A DNA stretch of 64,000 nucleotides from a virus (Duplodnaviria; Heunggongvirae; Uroviricota; Caudoviricetes). Positions 28,505-36,566 of this stretch are shown here, piece by piece (the stretch's first letter is position 1; every line of letters starts with the position of its first letter). The notes beneath the pieces were generated by a model that ran no database searches, had not been told where the DNA came from, and saw only the letters and a program-made list of their open reading frames with translations. Position numbers and translations under genes: made by a program. The stretch covers positions 1 through 64,000 of IMG/VR virus record IMGVR_UViG_3300028048_000103. The stretch is one strand, 5' to 3'.

Positions 28505-28932
28505 CGTACCACTATAACTTTCGTTACCAGTTGCAAACAAGGAGTTTAGCCCTATATTTACATACCTGTTTGTGGTCTGGACTGTATCTTAACCATATTG
28601 AAATCTTGCAAGATACTGTATGAAGAGATTTGCTGAGTTGCACAGCCTGTATCTAACTCCGGTTTCACTGGGAACATTCATACAATAATTTCAACTTAGG
28701 TTCCTCCTGTATAGTCTCTACACACTGTCTAAAGGTATTGCATTCTTGCAACTAAACTATCTCACTCCTTTTAACATTGGCTCGGTATTACCATCAGCAA
28801 CATACTTTCAAATCATTAATCCTCAGTATTCCCAAAGCATTCATTTACTTGTACGTTCTGTTAAGGTTTCACCGAATTAGGGAGGTTCTACATCCGAAGT
28901 TTCCTTCGGTGCACTCAAATTACACATTGTTC
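28505..28932 (-). mobile_element. second group I intron copy (about 430 nt), homologous to 27854..28407
   Basis: Shares four conserved blocks with intron 1: 3'-terminal accactataactttcgttacca, the S-like block at 28567-28612, the R-like block at 28688-28730, and the P-like block plus gtgcactc at 28870-28908. The central regions are divergent. Confidence 0.5.
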
Positions 28933-28967
28933 AAGACCGCTGCATTAGACCACTCTGCCACCTCACC
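28933..28967 (-). tRNA. tRNA 5' half resembling tRNA-Ser(UGA) (class II D-arm), 5' exon of the second intron copy
   Basis: Reverse complement: GGTGAGG-TG-GCA-GAGTGGTCTAA-TGC-A-GCGGT-CTT. This follows the architecture of a bacterial tRNA-Ser(UGA) 5' half. The acceptor GGTGAGG does NOT pair with the 3' half at 28466..28504. Confidence 0.45.
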
Positions 28968-29109
28968 GTAAAATAAAGATTATTCTGAACTCTGTCACCA
29001 TTAACAAATATTAGATAAAAATCTAATATTTAACAAATATTAGGTAAAAGTCTAATAATATTGTTAAACATTTATTCAATGTTACTGTCAGTTTTTTCTT
29101 TATTAAGAA

Positions 29110-29160
29110 AGTCACCATAGTATGCTGCAAGTTGGAATTGAACCAACAACTATATTCAGT
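29110..29160 (-). tRNA. orphan tRNA 3'-half-like element (T-arm GTTGGTTCAATTCCAAC, acceptor TTGCAGC)
   Basis: Good T-arm and 3' acceptor, but no canonical D or anticodon arm upstream. Possibly another split or degenerate tRNA. Confidence 0.25.
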
Positions 29161-29307
29161 TTTTTCATAATCACAGCCTTCGTGACCATATTTTATTTTC
29201 AATTTCACATATTCAATAAAATAATTTGTATTTATCAGTATTGTCAAAGAGCAATTAATTTCATTGCAAATATATAAATCTTTTTTTTAACAACAAAATT
29301 AATTTTA

Positions 29308-29378
29308 GTTGAAGGCAGAGGAATCGAACCTCTATTCTGGGAACCAAAATCCCATGTCTTGCCTTTAGACGAGCCTTC
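29308..29378 (-). tRNA. tRNA-Pro (anticodon UGG)
   Basis: Reverse complement: acceptor TGAAGGC/GCCTTCA, D-stem GTCT/AGAC, anticodon stem TGGGA/TCCCA with loop TTTTGGT, T-arm AGAGGTTCGATTCCTCT. Confidence 0.65.
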
Positions 29379-29405
29379 AATTTATTTCAAAGAACAATTG
29401 TTTAT

Positions 29406-29428
29406 CTTACAAATATCGTGCCAAAATA
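29406..29428 (-). promoter_or_regulatory. class I promoter-like motif upstream of tRNA-Pro
   Basis: cttacaaatatcgtgccaaaata. Confidence 0.4.
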
Positions 29429-29451
29429 TAAATTTTAACATTTTTTTTTTG

Positions 29452-29488
29452 CGGGAATGATAGGATTCGAACCTATAACCTACGGATT
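29452..29488 (-). tRNA. 3' exon of split tRNA-Asn (anticodon GUU)
   Basis: Reverse complement: AA-TCCGT-AGGTT-ATAGGTTCGAATCCTAT-CATTCCC-G. It pairs 7/7 (acceptor) and 5/5 (anticodon stem) with the 5' exon at 29591..29626. Confidence 0.6.
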
Positions 29489-29490
29489 AG

Positions 29491-29562
29491 ACTCAGCAAA
29501 AGGAATCGAACCTTTTTTTGGACTTGCAATGCCACCCGTCCTAACCATTAGACGATACTGAG
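29491..29562 (-). tRNA. tRNA-like element embedded inside the tRNA-Asn intervening sequence
   Basis: Reverse complement: acceptor CTCAGTA/TGCTGAG, D-arm GTCT-AATGGTTA-GGAC, T-arm AAAGGTTCGATTCCTTT. The anticodon-arm region GGTGGCATTGCAAGTCC does not form a canonical stem. Confidence 0.4.
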
Positions 29563-29590
29563 TTGGTTCGTTTCGGTGAACCATTCCGTT

Positions 29591-29626
29591 AACAGTCCGT
29601 TGCACTAACCGTTGTGCTACATTCCC
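29591..29626 (-). tRNA. 5' exon of split tRNA-Asn (GUU)
   Basis: Reverse complement: GGGAATG-TA-GCAC-AACGGTTA-GTGC-A-ACGGA-CTGTT(AA). Confidence 0.6.
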
Positions 29627-29638
29627 AATTATAAACTA

Positions 29639-29872
29639 CTATTCAGTAGTTTCAGTTTCTTCAGTCTTTACTGTATCTTCATTTTTAGGCATTGTTGCTG
29701 CTGTAACAGGTGCAACTGAATTCATCTTTTCATATTCCTCCTTCAACTTTTCAAGCCTCTTTTGTCTTGCCAACATAAGTCTCTTCTTTTCAGTAAGACT
29801 ATTTCTAACGTTTTCATTTGCATCCCTTCTTGGTGCATCAACATGTTTCTTAATGTGCTTTCTCTTTGTCAT
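29639..29872 (-). CDS. hypothetical basic K/E-rich protein
   Basis: 77-aa ORF embedded in the tRNA region. Confidence 0.4.
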   Translation of the reverse strand: MTKRKHIKKHVDAPRRDANENVRNSLTEKKRLMLARQKRLEKLKEEYEKMNSVAPVTAATMPKNEDTVKTEETETTE

Positions 29873-29901
29873 AATATATAAAGTTTAAAATTAAAAATTT
29901 G

Positions 29902-29975
29902 TACCCTCTCTCAGATTCGAACTGAGACTTTATAGGTTTTGAATCTATTCACTCTTCCAATTGGTGTAAGAGGGT
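29902..29975 (-). tRNA. type I tRNA with anticodon CAA (Leu codon UUG), atypical
   Basis: Reverse complement: acceptor ACCCTCT/AGAGGGT, T-arm CTCAGTTCGAATCTGAG, anticodon stem ATAGA/CCTAT (one mismatch) with loop TTCAAAA. The variable arm is short, unlike canonical tRNA-Leu. Confidence 0.45.
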
Positions 29976-30185
29976 AAAAAATATTGAGTTACTTGTCCTT
30001 ATCACCTTACAGTTGGTTCGTACTTCCTTCGCCTTGGATAATATATTGTTCATGCATGTCAACTATATTACCTGTACACCTTTACAACCCGCTATTGTTT
30101 TCACTGTAACACATACTTGCAAAAGCTGAAAGTTGTTTTCCTAATCCCTCACTCAATATTAAAATTTCAAAGAACATTTATTTAT

Positions 30186-30208
30186 CTTACAAAAATCATG
30201 CCAAAGGC
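30186..30208 (-). promoter_or_regulatory. class I promoter-like motif
   Basis: cttacaaaaatcatgccaaaggc, pointing leftward into the non-coding region 29981-30180 and the tRNA at 29902. Confidence 0.4.
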
Positions 30209-30234
30209 AATAAAAGCAAACATTTTTTTTTAAA

Positions 30235-30915
30235 TTACTTATTTAATATTTTGCCGTACAATTGGCCTCTTTTAAAATATTTTGATTTACCTGTGCGAGT
30301 TGGTTCAAGACTTTCTGTTATAATTTTGTCTATATCAATAGTATTTTCTCTCAAAGCCAAATCATCATATATTTTTTTTACTTGTTCAAAAAAAGGTATT
30401 CTAAATTTAAAATGCTTGGATATTTGTGTATAATAGTTATCATCATCTGTTGCATCTACAATTTCATGTTCTTCATGTTGAAGTTTTAATTGTGAGTGCT
30501 TGTCATCACCTTCCCAATATTGATACGAAACCTCTCCATCGTTTTGCATATCAACAAATATCACACTTTCTTGGTTATATTTGTAGCATAGATAAAGTGT
30601 ATCTTCAATAGTGATATTATATACCATTATAGAATTCTCAATACCATCATAGTTACCTTTTACTTTAAAATATTTATAATGTCCAATACTAAGTTGTCTT
30701 TCTAATTCATTACTTGCTTGCTGATTATATTCTTTTTCAGCCTTATTACCCATAGGATTTTCTGCTGAAATAATAGCCATTGTTCTAACCCTACGATTAG
30801 TTCCTCGTATTGCTTGTTGTGCTTTTTGTCTGCGTGATGTTTCCATCATGGCATTTTTAACACTTTTCTCTATTATATTTCTTAAATCAGTTTCAGTAAG
30901 AACTATTTTTTTCAT
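30235..30915 (-). CDS. hypothetical protein
   Basis: 226-aa ORF between tRNA blocks. Confidence 0.5.
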   Translation of the reverse strand: MKKIVLTETDLRNIIEKSVKNAMMETSRRQKAQQAIRGTNRRVRTMAIISAENPMGNKAEKEYNQQASNELERQLSIGHYKYFKVKGNYDGIENSIMVYNITIEDTLYLCYKYNQESVIFVDMQNDGEVSYQYWEGDDKHSQLKLQHEEHEIVDATDDDNYYTQISKHFKFRIPFFEQVKKIYDDLALRENTIDIDKIITESLEPTRTGKSKYFKRGQLYGKILNK

Positions 30916-30929
30916 ATTTTCTTTTTTTG

Positions 30930-31014
30930 TGGGAGTGGTTAGATTCGAACTAACTGTGTGTCATTGTAATGGATTTACAGTCCATCGCCCATCCACCATC
31001 TGAGCAGCACTCCC
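30930..31014 (-). tRNA. tRNA-Tyr (anticodon GUA), long variable arm
   Basis: Reverse complement: acceptor GGGAGTG/CACTCCC, anticodon stem ATGGA/TCCAT with loop CTGTAAA, a 16-nt variable arm, T-arm GTTAGTTCGAATCTAAC. Confidence 0.65.
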
Positions 31015-31095
31015 GTAATTAAATTCTTATTGAATTTAGAAGTCAATGTATCTCATCTTCCTACGGCTTAAAAATCCGAAAAACATACATAGTTG

Positions 31096-31178
31096 TGGGC
31101 ATTGAGAGACTTGAACTCTCACGTCATTCTGACACATGCTCCTTAGGCATGCCTGTCTACCAATTCCAGCAAACGCCC
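31096..31178 (-). tRNA. tRNA-Leu (anticodon AAG), class II
   Basis: Reverse complement: acceptor GGGCGTT/AATGCCC, D-loop AATTGGTAGA, anticodon stem CATGC/GCATG with loop CTAAGGA, long variable arm, T-arm GAGAGTTCAAGTCTCTC. Confidence 0.55.
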
Positions 31179-31250
31179 ATCATTTCATCGTATCACTTTT
31201 ATAAAAACCTCATATGTTTAAAACAACAATGCAAATATATAAATCTTTTT

Positions 31251-31406
31251 TTAAAAACCCAAATTTTTATGTACAAAAATAATGTTTTCTACATCAAAAT
31301 CATCTGTGTAATTCAACACTTCATTCAAAAATGTTTCCATTGTATAACCACTATGGTTTTTAAATTCCTCTTCCAATTGTTTGTGATTTTCCAAAATATT
31401 ATCCAT
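31251..31406 (-). CDS. possible small ORF (about 52 aa; MDNILENHKQLEEEFKNHSGYTMETFLNEVLNYTDDFDVENIIFVHKNLGF)
   Basis: Hand-translated; under 60 aa so absent from the track. It lies between two tRNAs. Confidence 0.25.
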   Translation of the reverse strand: MDNILENHKQLEEEFKNHSGYTMETFLNEVLNYTDDFDVENIIFVHKNLGF

Positions 31407-31429
31407 AATCATTAAATTTTATATTTTTG

Positions 31430-31503
31430 TGGGCAAGGTAGAACTCGAATCTACGGTCTCTTGAATATCAGTCAAGTGCTTTAACCAACTAAGCTACTTG
31501 CCC
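31430..31503 (-). tRNA. tRNA-Ile (anticodon GAU)
   Basis: Reverse complement: acceptor GGGCAAG/CTTGCCC, D-arm TAGCTTAGTTGGTTAAAGC, anticodon stem CTTGA/TCAAG with loop CTGATAT, T-arm GTAGATTCGAGTTCTAC. Confidence 0.65.
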
Positions 31504-31520
31504 TTATTTTTAAAATTTTG

Positions 31521-31602
31521 TGGGCACTGAGAGACTTGAACTCTCACATCCAAAGGATACATGCTTCTAAGGCATGTGTGTCTACCGTTCCACCAAGCAC
31601 CC
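31521..31602 (-). tRNA. tRNA-Leu (anticodon UAG), class II
   Basis: Reverse complement: acceptor GGGTGCT/AGTGCCC (two G-U pairs), anticodon stem CATGC/GCATG with loop CTTAGAA, long variable arm, T-arm GAGAGTTCAAGTCTCTC. Confidence 0.55.
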
Positions 31603-31607
31603 ATTTG

Positions 31608-31681
31608 AGTTTCAGGTGAGATTCGAACTCACGGATGTCAGTTTTGCAGACTGATGTGTTAAACCACTTCACCACTGAAAC
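31608..31681 (-). tRNA. tRNA-Cys (anticodon GCA)
   Basis: Reverse complement: acceptor GTTTCAG/CTGAAAC, anticodon stem TCAGT/ACTGA with loop CTGCAAA, T-arm GTGAGTTCGAATCTCAC. Confidence 0.6.
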
Positions 31682-31689
31682 ATATTTTG

Positions 31690-31764
31690 CAGAAGCGGAA
31701 AGATTCGAACTCTCATCAGGCAACTTTGGAGGATGCTATGCTTAACCATTTACACCACGCTTCC
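31690..31764 (-). tRNA. tRNA-Trp (anticodon CCA)
   Basis: Reverse complement: acceptor GGAAGCG/CGCTTCT, anticodon loop CTCCAAA (identical to E. coli tRNA-Trp), T-arm GAGAGTTCGAATCTTTC. Confidence 0.6.
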
Positions 31765-31775
31765 GTATTAACTAT

Positions 31776-31798
31776 CTTACAAAAATCATGCCAAAATA
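31776..31798 (-). promoter_or_regulatory. class I promoter-like motif upstream of the Trp-Cys-Leu-Ile-Leu-Tyr tRNA block
   Basis: tatcttacaaaaatcatgccaaaataaa, about 12 nt upstream (minus sense) of tRNA-Trp. Confidence 0.45.
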
Positions 31799-32109
31799 AA
31801 AAACCTCTTGGTTTTAATTCTTATTTTGTTGAAGGAATTTTAACTAAGAGGTTGGGAAAAATATGTTGTGGTTAGAAACCTATGTGATTTACTTTATACT
31901 TTCTTATCCTCTTTACAGTTTGTTCTTTCATGTGATGGTTCTTCACATGGGAGTACAAAACTATCATAACCATTAATTTGATTAACGGTTTGCCAGGATT
32001 TATATGTATAATTTTTTTGTAACATAAACAGTTATTTTCGCTTATAAATATTATTGTTTTTTAAAAAAATAAAAAAATATTAAAAAAAATCAACATTTTT
32101 TTTAAAAAG

Positions 32110-32940
32110 TTACAAATTTTCGTCAATAATATCATTAAATATTAAATGCGGATGAAATTTAATGATATCATTTTGTGCTTTAATGATGGTTTTTCCAATT
32201 TTGTTAGTATAAGTTTTAACAACATTTTTTGCCATATTATACCACCAATTAAAAGTTTTATTAAAAGTAGTATTCAGTATTTCATTAATTTTTTCTTTTT
32301 GGTTAGGTGTTAGGGTGTTTGTTACTTTATCAATTGTATTAATGTTTTTATATACTATTGTATTTTTTACTGTTTCAAAAGGGTCAATTTGCCAATTGTC
32401 CATAATTTGTTTATAAATTTCATTTATGAATGCATCTTTTTCAAATTTGTTGTTATAATATATAACATATCCTACTATTTTTTCAAAAGCATCTGTTGAT
32501 TTAGCTAATTTAGTTGCCGTATTATACATTTTTTTAGATTTATCATTATTTAATAAATCTTTACTTGATTTCATTTCTTGAAAAAGGTGTTCTATTTCAT
32601 GTTGTGTTGTTCCATTATAGTCAACATATCTATTTTGGTTTCTGAGGTAGCATAAAGTTGTTGTTAAATAATTATTTTTAAAGTTTCCTGGATTTACCAA
32701 ATTAAGTTTTTTAATGTCAGTACTATCGTTCAAATAAAATATTTGATATTCCACTTCAATAGGAAAACTAAAAACAAATGTTCTAAAAATACCTTTTTTA
32801 ATATTATTTTGTTTATTTTGTTCTTTAGCATTTTTAACTATGTTGGCAATTAACATATTAGTTTCTTTAACAACCGTCCTTGATATTCCAAGTTCTTCGT
32901 TTATTACCTTTTTGATTTCAGTTATTAAATTTTTTTCCAT
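32110..32940 (-). CDS. HExxH-motif protein, paralog 1 of 3 (putative zinc metalloprotease)
   Basis: 276 aa. Carries GTTQHEIEHLFQEMKS, YYNNKFEKDAFINEIYKQIMDN and KTFNWWYNMAKNVVKTY. Homologous to 33916..34800 and 38275..39135. Confidence 0.55.
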   Translation of the reverse strand: MEKNLITEIKKVINEELGISRTVVKETNMLIANIVKNAKEQNKQNNIKKGIFRTFVFSFPIEVEYQIFYLNDSTDIKKLNLVNPGNFKNNYLTTTLCYLRNQNRYVDYNGTTQHEIEHLFQEMKSSKDLLNNDKSKKMYNTATKLAKSTDAFEKIVGYVIYYNNKFEKDAFINEIYKQIMDNWQIDPFETVKNTIVYKNINTIDKVTNTLTPNQKEKINEILNTTFNKTFNWWYNMAKNVVKTYTNKIGKTIIKAQNDIIKFHPHLIFNDIIDENL

Positions 32941-32942
32941 AA

Positions 32943-33158
32943 TTATTTTTCTTTAATATATAATTGGCAGCAACAAATATCTTCTTCTCTATATGCTTTG
33001 CATGGACAGATATCATCATCAGTACCACTATATTTATTATTGCAAGGACAATGACCATTGCATCTATCAAGGCTCTTCATAATACCATTAACAATTTTGT
33101 CGTTTGGATTTATTTTCCATCCATCTTTTCTTAGTATTTTCCAATTTTTAAGTTCCAT
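32943..33158 (-). CDS. small Cys-rich protein (zinc-ribbon-like)
   Basis: 71 aa. CNGHCPCNNKYSGTDDDICPCKAYREEDICCCQLY. Confidence 0.4.
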   Translation of the reverse strand: MELKNWKILRKDGWKINPNDKIVNGIMKSLDRCNGHCPCNNKYSGTDDDICPCKAYREEDICCCQLYIKEK

Positions 33159-33161
33159 TTG

Positions 33162-33944
33162 TTATTTTTTGTTATATTGTTCAATTATTCCATTTTTTGT
33201 ATTTAAAACAAAAGCCTGTCTTACGTCAAGGTCAGCCACCCAATTTTCTACAATTGGTGTATCTTGTAATTGTGTATGGCCACAAATAAAATGTACATTT
33301 GGATATTCAATGTTGTTTTCGTCAGAATATTCATTGATATCAGCCCAAACAATTGACCCATTGTCCCAACCATCCCAACCTCTATATCTTGAATATATAC
33401 CCATTGCTATTTCAAAATCATGTGTAGATTTTGTTTCATAATTTCGTCCGTTATCATATGCAGCATGAAACAGATTGTTAAAATATTCAGCATCAGGAAG
33501 ACCTTCATTGTTCCATTCAAAAAGTTTATTTTTTACCCAAGTATCAAACCAATCTTTTCTTACACCTGCATGTGAAAAAAAATAACGTTTATTATTGATA
33601 GTTGTCTCCCAAGCAAGGTCAAATAATTTTATATTAGAAAAATATAATTTATTAAGTTTATTATAGTTTGTATAGTCAGTTCGACATTCACATATATTAC
33701 TATTAATGTATGAAAAATCATGATTTCCCATTAATAATACTACTTTATCATTATTTTCTTTTTTAAACTTAATAATTTCTTTGAAAATTTTCATTGCATG
33801 TGCATTGGTTATCTCTTCATATGGATATGGTGATACATAATCCCCTAAAAAAATAACCTTATCATAGTCATCAATATGTGCACATGGTTCAATCCAAAAT
33901 TCTCTTCCGTGTACATCAGGAATTATTAGTATTTTGTTCATCAT
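33162..33944 (-). CDS. calcineurin-like Ser/Thr phosphatase / metallophosphoesterase
   Basis: 260 aa. Motifs DVHG, GDYV, GNHD and a later GH... histidine motif in order. The stretch IIPDVHGREFW...VIFLGDYVSPYP...LLMGNHDFSY is PPP-family-like. Confidence 0.6.
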   Translation of the reverse strand: MMNKILIIPDVHGREFWIEPCAHIDDYDKVIFLGDYVSPYPYEEITNAHAMKIFKEIIKFKKENNDKVVLLMGNHDFSYINSNICECRTDYTNYNKLNKLYFSNIKLFDLAWETTINNKRYFFSHAGVRKDWFDTWVKNKLFEWNNEGLPDAEYFNNLFHAAYDNGRNYETKSTHDFEIAMGIYSRYRGWDGWDNGSIVWADINEYSDENNIEYPNVHFICGHTQLQDTPIVENWVADLDVRQAFVLNTKNGIIEQYNKK

Positions 33945-34800
33945 TTAAGAAATCATCTGTTTTAAAATTATTTTCTTCTATTCTTCCATATATATGTGTT
34001 AATGTGTTTTCTTGACACAAATCTTTTTGGGCTTTAACTATTATTTTTCCTATTTTGGTTTTGTAATTTTTAACAACATTCTTAGCCATGTTGTACCACC
34101 ATTTATAATGTTTTCCAAAGGTGTTTGAAACAATGTTATCTATTACTTGTTTAACATAAATTGAATCATTGTTCAGATATTTTTCAATAATTAATATGTT
34201 ATTAAATGTGTCAGTTTTTTTTACTATATCAATTGGGTTCTTAAATTTGTTATCAATAATTTGTCTATATATATCATTAGCATATCCATCCTTTTCGAAC
34301 CTATTGTTATAATAAACAGTAAAACCAACAAGTGCTTCAAATAAATTATTATTGGTTATACCTATTGTTATTAAATTTTTTGCTTTTGTATATGTAGTTA
34401 TATTTTGAGGTGTTAATAAATATTTTCCAGATTTAATTATTTGATATGTATGTTCAAGTTCGTGTTGTGTGCTTCCTTTATAGTCAATATATTTGTTTAT
34501 TTCCTTAATATAACAAATTATAACATGTATTTCTTTATTATTTGTGGTGTTACCTGCATCAATATAACTGAATTCTTCTTTTTCTTTAATGGTATTAAAA
34601 AAATATAGAGTATAAAAAACATCATATTTTTCACCAAAAAGATTATATTGTTTTAAACAGCCTTGTTTAATGCTATTGTTAGGTATAGATTTACTATTTT
34701 TAACAATATTGTTAATTAGTATGTTTGTGGTATTAGTTACCAATTGACTAATACCCAATTCTTCATTTATTTCTTGTGTAATTTCTTCAAAAAGTGTCAT
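33916..34800 (-). CDS. HExxH-motif protein, paralog 2 of 3
   Basis: 294 aa. Carries GSTQHELEHTYQIIKS, YYNNRFEKDGYANDIYRQIIDN and KHYKWWYNMAKNVVKNY. Confidence 0.55.
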   Translation of the reverse strand: MTLFEEITQEINEELGISQLVTNTTNILINNIVKNSKSIPNNSIKQGCLKQYNLFGEKYDVFYTLYFFNTIKEKEEFSYIDAGNTTNNKEIHVIICYIKEINKYIDYKGSTQHELEHTYQIIKSGKYLLTPQNITTYTKAKNLITIGITNNNLFEALVGFTVYYNNRFEKDGYANDIYRQIIDNKFKNPIDIVKKTDTFNNILIIEKYLNNDSIYVKQVIDNIVSNTFGKHYKWWYNMAKNVVKNYKTKIGKIIVKAQKDLCQENTLTHIYGRIEENNFKTDDFLNDEQNTNNS

Positions 34801-34840
34801 TTTTTGCTTTTTTTATACTATTTATTCTAAAAATTATTAA

Positions 34841-34984
34841 AGATATGGCATGTGCATGTAAACAAAAATCATCAGGTGAAGTTAAGGCTGTTAAACAAGT
34901 AGTAAAAAATGTTAACAAAAAAACAACGCCTAATACAAGTGTAAAGAAAACAACTGTAAGAAAAATTACTTATAGAAGACCCAT
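34841..34984 (+). CDS. possible small basic protein (about 47 aa, MACACKQKSSGEVKAVKQVVKNVNKK...)
   Basis: The only plus-strand ORF in the 188-nt gap between two minus genes; part of track ORF 34794..34988. Confidence 0.2.
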
Positions 34985-34988
34985 TTAA

Positions 34989-36563
34989 TTATAATCCGAC
35001 AGATAATGGATATTTAATTGAGGGATATGACTGATATTCTTTAATCTTAATATCACCATATGTAAACTCTTCTATATTTTTCCTCTCAGGATTAAGCCAT
35101 AACTTAGGAAGTCCATACATGTGTGGATTTCTATTTTTTTGCTCTTTTTCGTAAATTTCAATTTGGTTTTCATACATATGTACATCACCACCGCTAAATA
35201 TAAGTTCATCTACACCCATATTACAACATTGCGCAATCATATAAGTCATTATAGAATAGGAAGTTATATTGTACGGTAAACCTAAACCACAATCCACGCT
35301 GCGCTGATTCCACATACAACTTAGTTTTCTTGTTGGAACACCTGCATTGTCAAATATTCTATTACTTCTTTCCTCATCATCAGGATACCATATAACAGAC
35401 CCATCAGCATAATTATCAACTACGTATTGTTCTCTTTCTTTGAAAGTCATTTTCTTCGTATAGAACTGACAGCAATAGTGACAAGGAGGCAATGCCATTG
35501 TTTTTAATTCACCAACGTTCCAAGCGGAAACAATAAGCCTTCTGTCATCAGGGTTAGTTTTAAGTTTATTAATAAGTTCATTAATTTGGTCAACACCGTT
35601 CCAATTTCTCCATTGTTTACCATAAACAGGGCCTAAATCACCAAACACATACTGTTTATAAGTAGATAAATTATCTTCGATACTTTTAGGGTATATTTTA
35701 GTTTGTTTTAAAACCTCAGATAAAAAATCATTTTTTGAAAGTTGTGGTGTTGTATTATTTTTGGTAAGTTCCAAATAATACCTATATGCATCATCATCCC
35801 AAATATGAACACCATTTTCTACTAAATATTTAATATTGGTTTCACCTTTTAAAAACCAAAGAAGTTCATGAATAATTCCTTTTGTAAATACTTTTTTTGT
35901 CGTGAGTATTGGTAAACCCTCTTTTAAATTAAATCTAAGTTGTTTACCAAATAATGACCTTGTTTTACCTGCTCTTGTATCTTTGATTTCACCATGTTCA
36001 ATAATATCATTAACTAAATTAAGATATTGTTCATCAACATGATTGTTCATACCATTACATTTAATATATGTCATTGCATAAGCCTTTCTATGTTCTATCT
36101 CAATAGGTTGACCAATTTCCTCCCAATTTGGATTCGTTACAATATCTGGAAAAAAAGTATCAGCATCAGGTACATCAACCGCAAGCATATCAATCATCAC
36201 CTTGTCTACTAAATTATGTGATAAAGCATAATCATATATACTTGCACCACCAATAATGAAAATTTCATCATCTATTGTTTTAGCATAACTTATTGCTTCT
36301 TCGACATCACTGACAACTTTTACATCTTTATATCTTGCTTCATATTCTTTTCTTGAAGTAACAACAATATTGGTTCTGTTTGGAAGTGGATGACCAATTG
36401 CTTCAAATGTTTTTCTACCCATAATAACAGGATGTCCTGTTGTTGTGTCTTTAAACCATTTTAAATCCGCCTTATTATTCCAAGGCATATTTCCTTTTAT
36501 ACCAATAGGGAAACCATGATTTGGTACATAGTTTCCCACGGCAACAATAATATTAACACTCAT
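34989..36563 (-). CDS. bifunctional dihydrofolate reductase-thymidylate synthase (DHFR N-terminal, TS C-terminal)
   Basis: 524 aa. The N-terminus IVAVGNYVPNHGFPIGIKGNMPWN...DLKWFKDTTTGHPVIMGRKTFEAIG...RTNIVVTS matches DHFR. The C-terminus PVYGKQWRNW...DDRRLIVSAWNVGEL...MALPPCHYCCQFY matches ThyA including the catalytic Cys. Confidence 0.8.
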   Translation of the reverse strand: MSVNIIVAVGNYVPNHGFPIGIKGNMPWNNKADLKWFKDTTTGHPVIMGRKTFEAIGHPLPNRTNIVVTSRKEYEARYKDVKVVSDVEEAISYAKTIDDEIFIIGGASIYDYALSHNLVDKVMIDMLAVDVPDADTFFPDIVTNPNWEEIGQPIEIEHRKAYAMTYIKCNGMNNHVDEQYLNLVNDIIEHGEIKDTRAGKTRSLFGKQLRFNLKEGLPILTTKKVFTKGIIHELLWFLKGETNIKYLVENGVHIWDDDAYRYYLELTKNNTTPQLSKNDFLSEVLKQTKIYPKSIEDNLSTYKQYVFGDLGPVYGKQWRNWNGVDQINELINKLKTNPDDRRLIVSAWNVGELKTMALPPCHYCCQFYTKKMTFKEREQYVVDNYADGSVIWYPDDEERSNRIFDNAGVPTRKLSCMWNQRSVDCGLGLPYNITSYSIMTYMIAQCCNMGVDELIFSGGDVHMYENQIEIYEKEQKNRNPHMYGLPKLWLNPERKNIEEFTYGDIKIKEYQSYPSIKYPLSVGL

Positions 36564-36566
36564 TGT

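Noticed and set aside
29902-31178. Possibility of stop-codon suppressor tRNAs or an alternative genetic code
   Set aside because: I checked every anticodon loop that folded. None reads CUA or UCA. The closest candidates are CAA (29902) and AAG (31096) under the only stem pairings that work. All large ORFs are uninterrupted in the standard code.
31095-31415. 106-aa plus-strand ORF
   Set aside because: It starts inside tRNA-Leu(AAG) on the opposite strand and runs through the promoter-like motif. The only plausible coding signal in that interval is the small minus-strand ORF 31251-31406.
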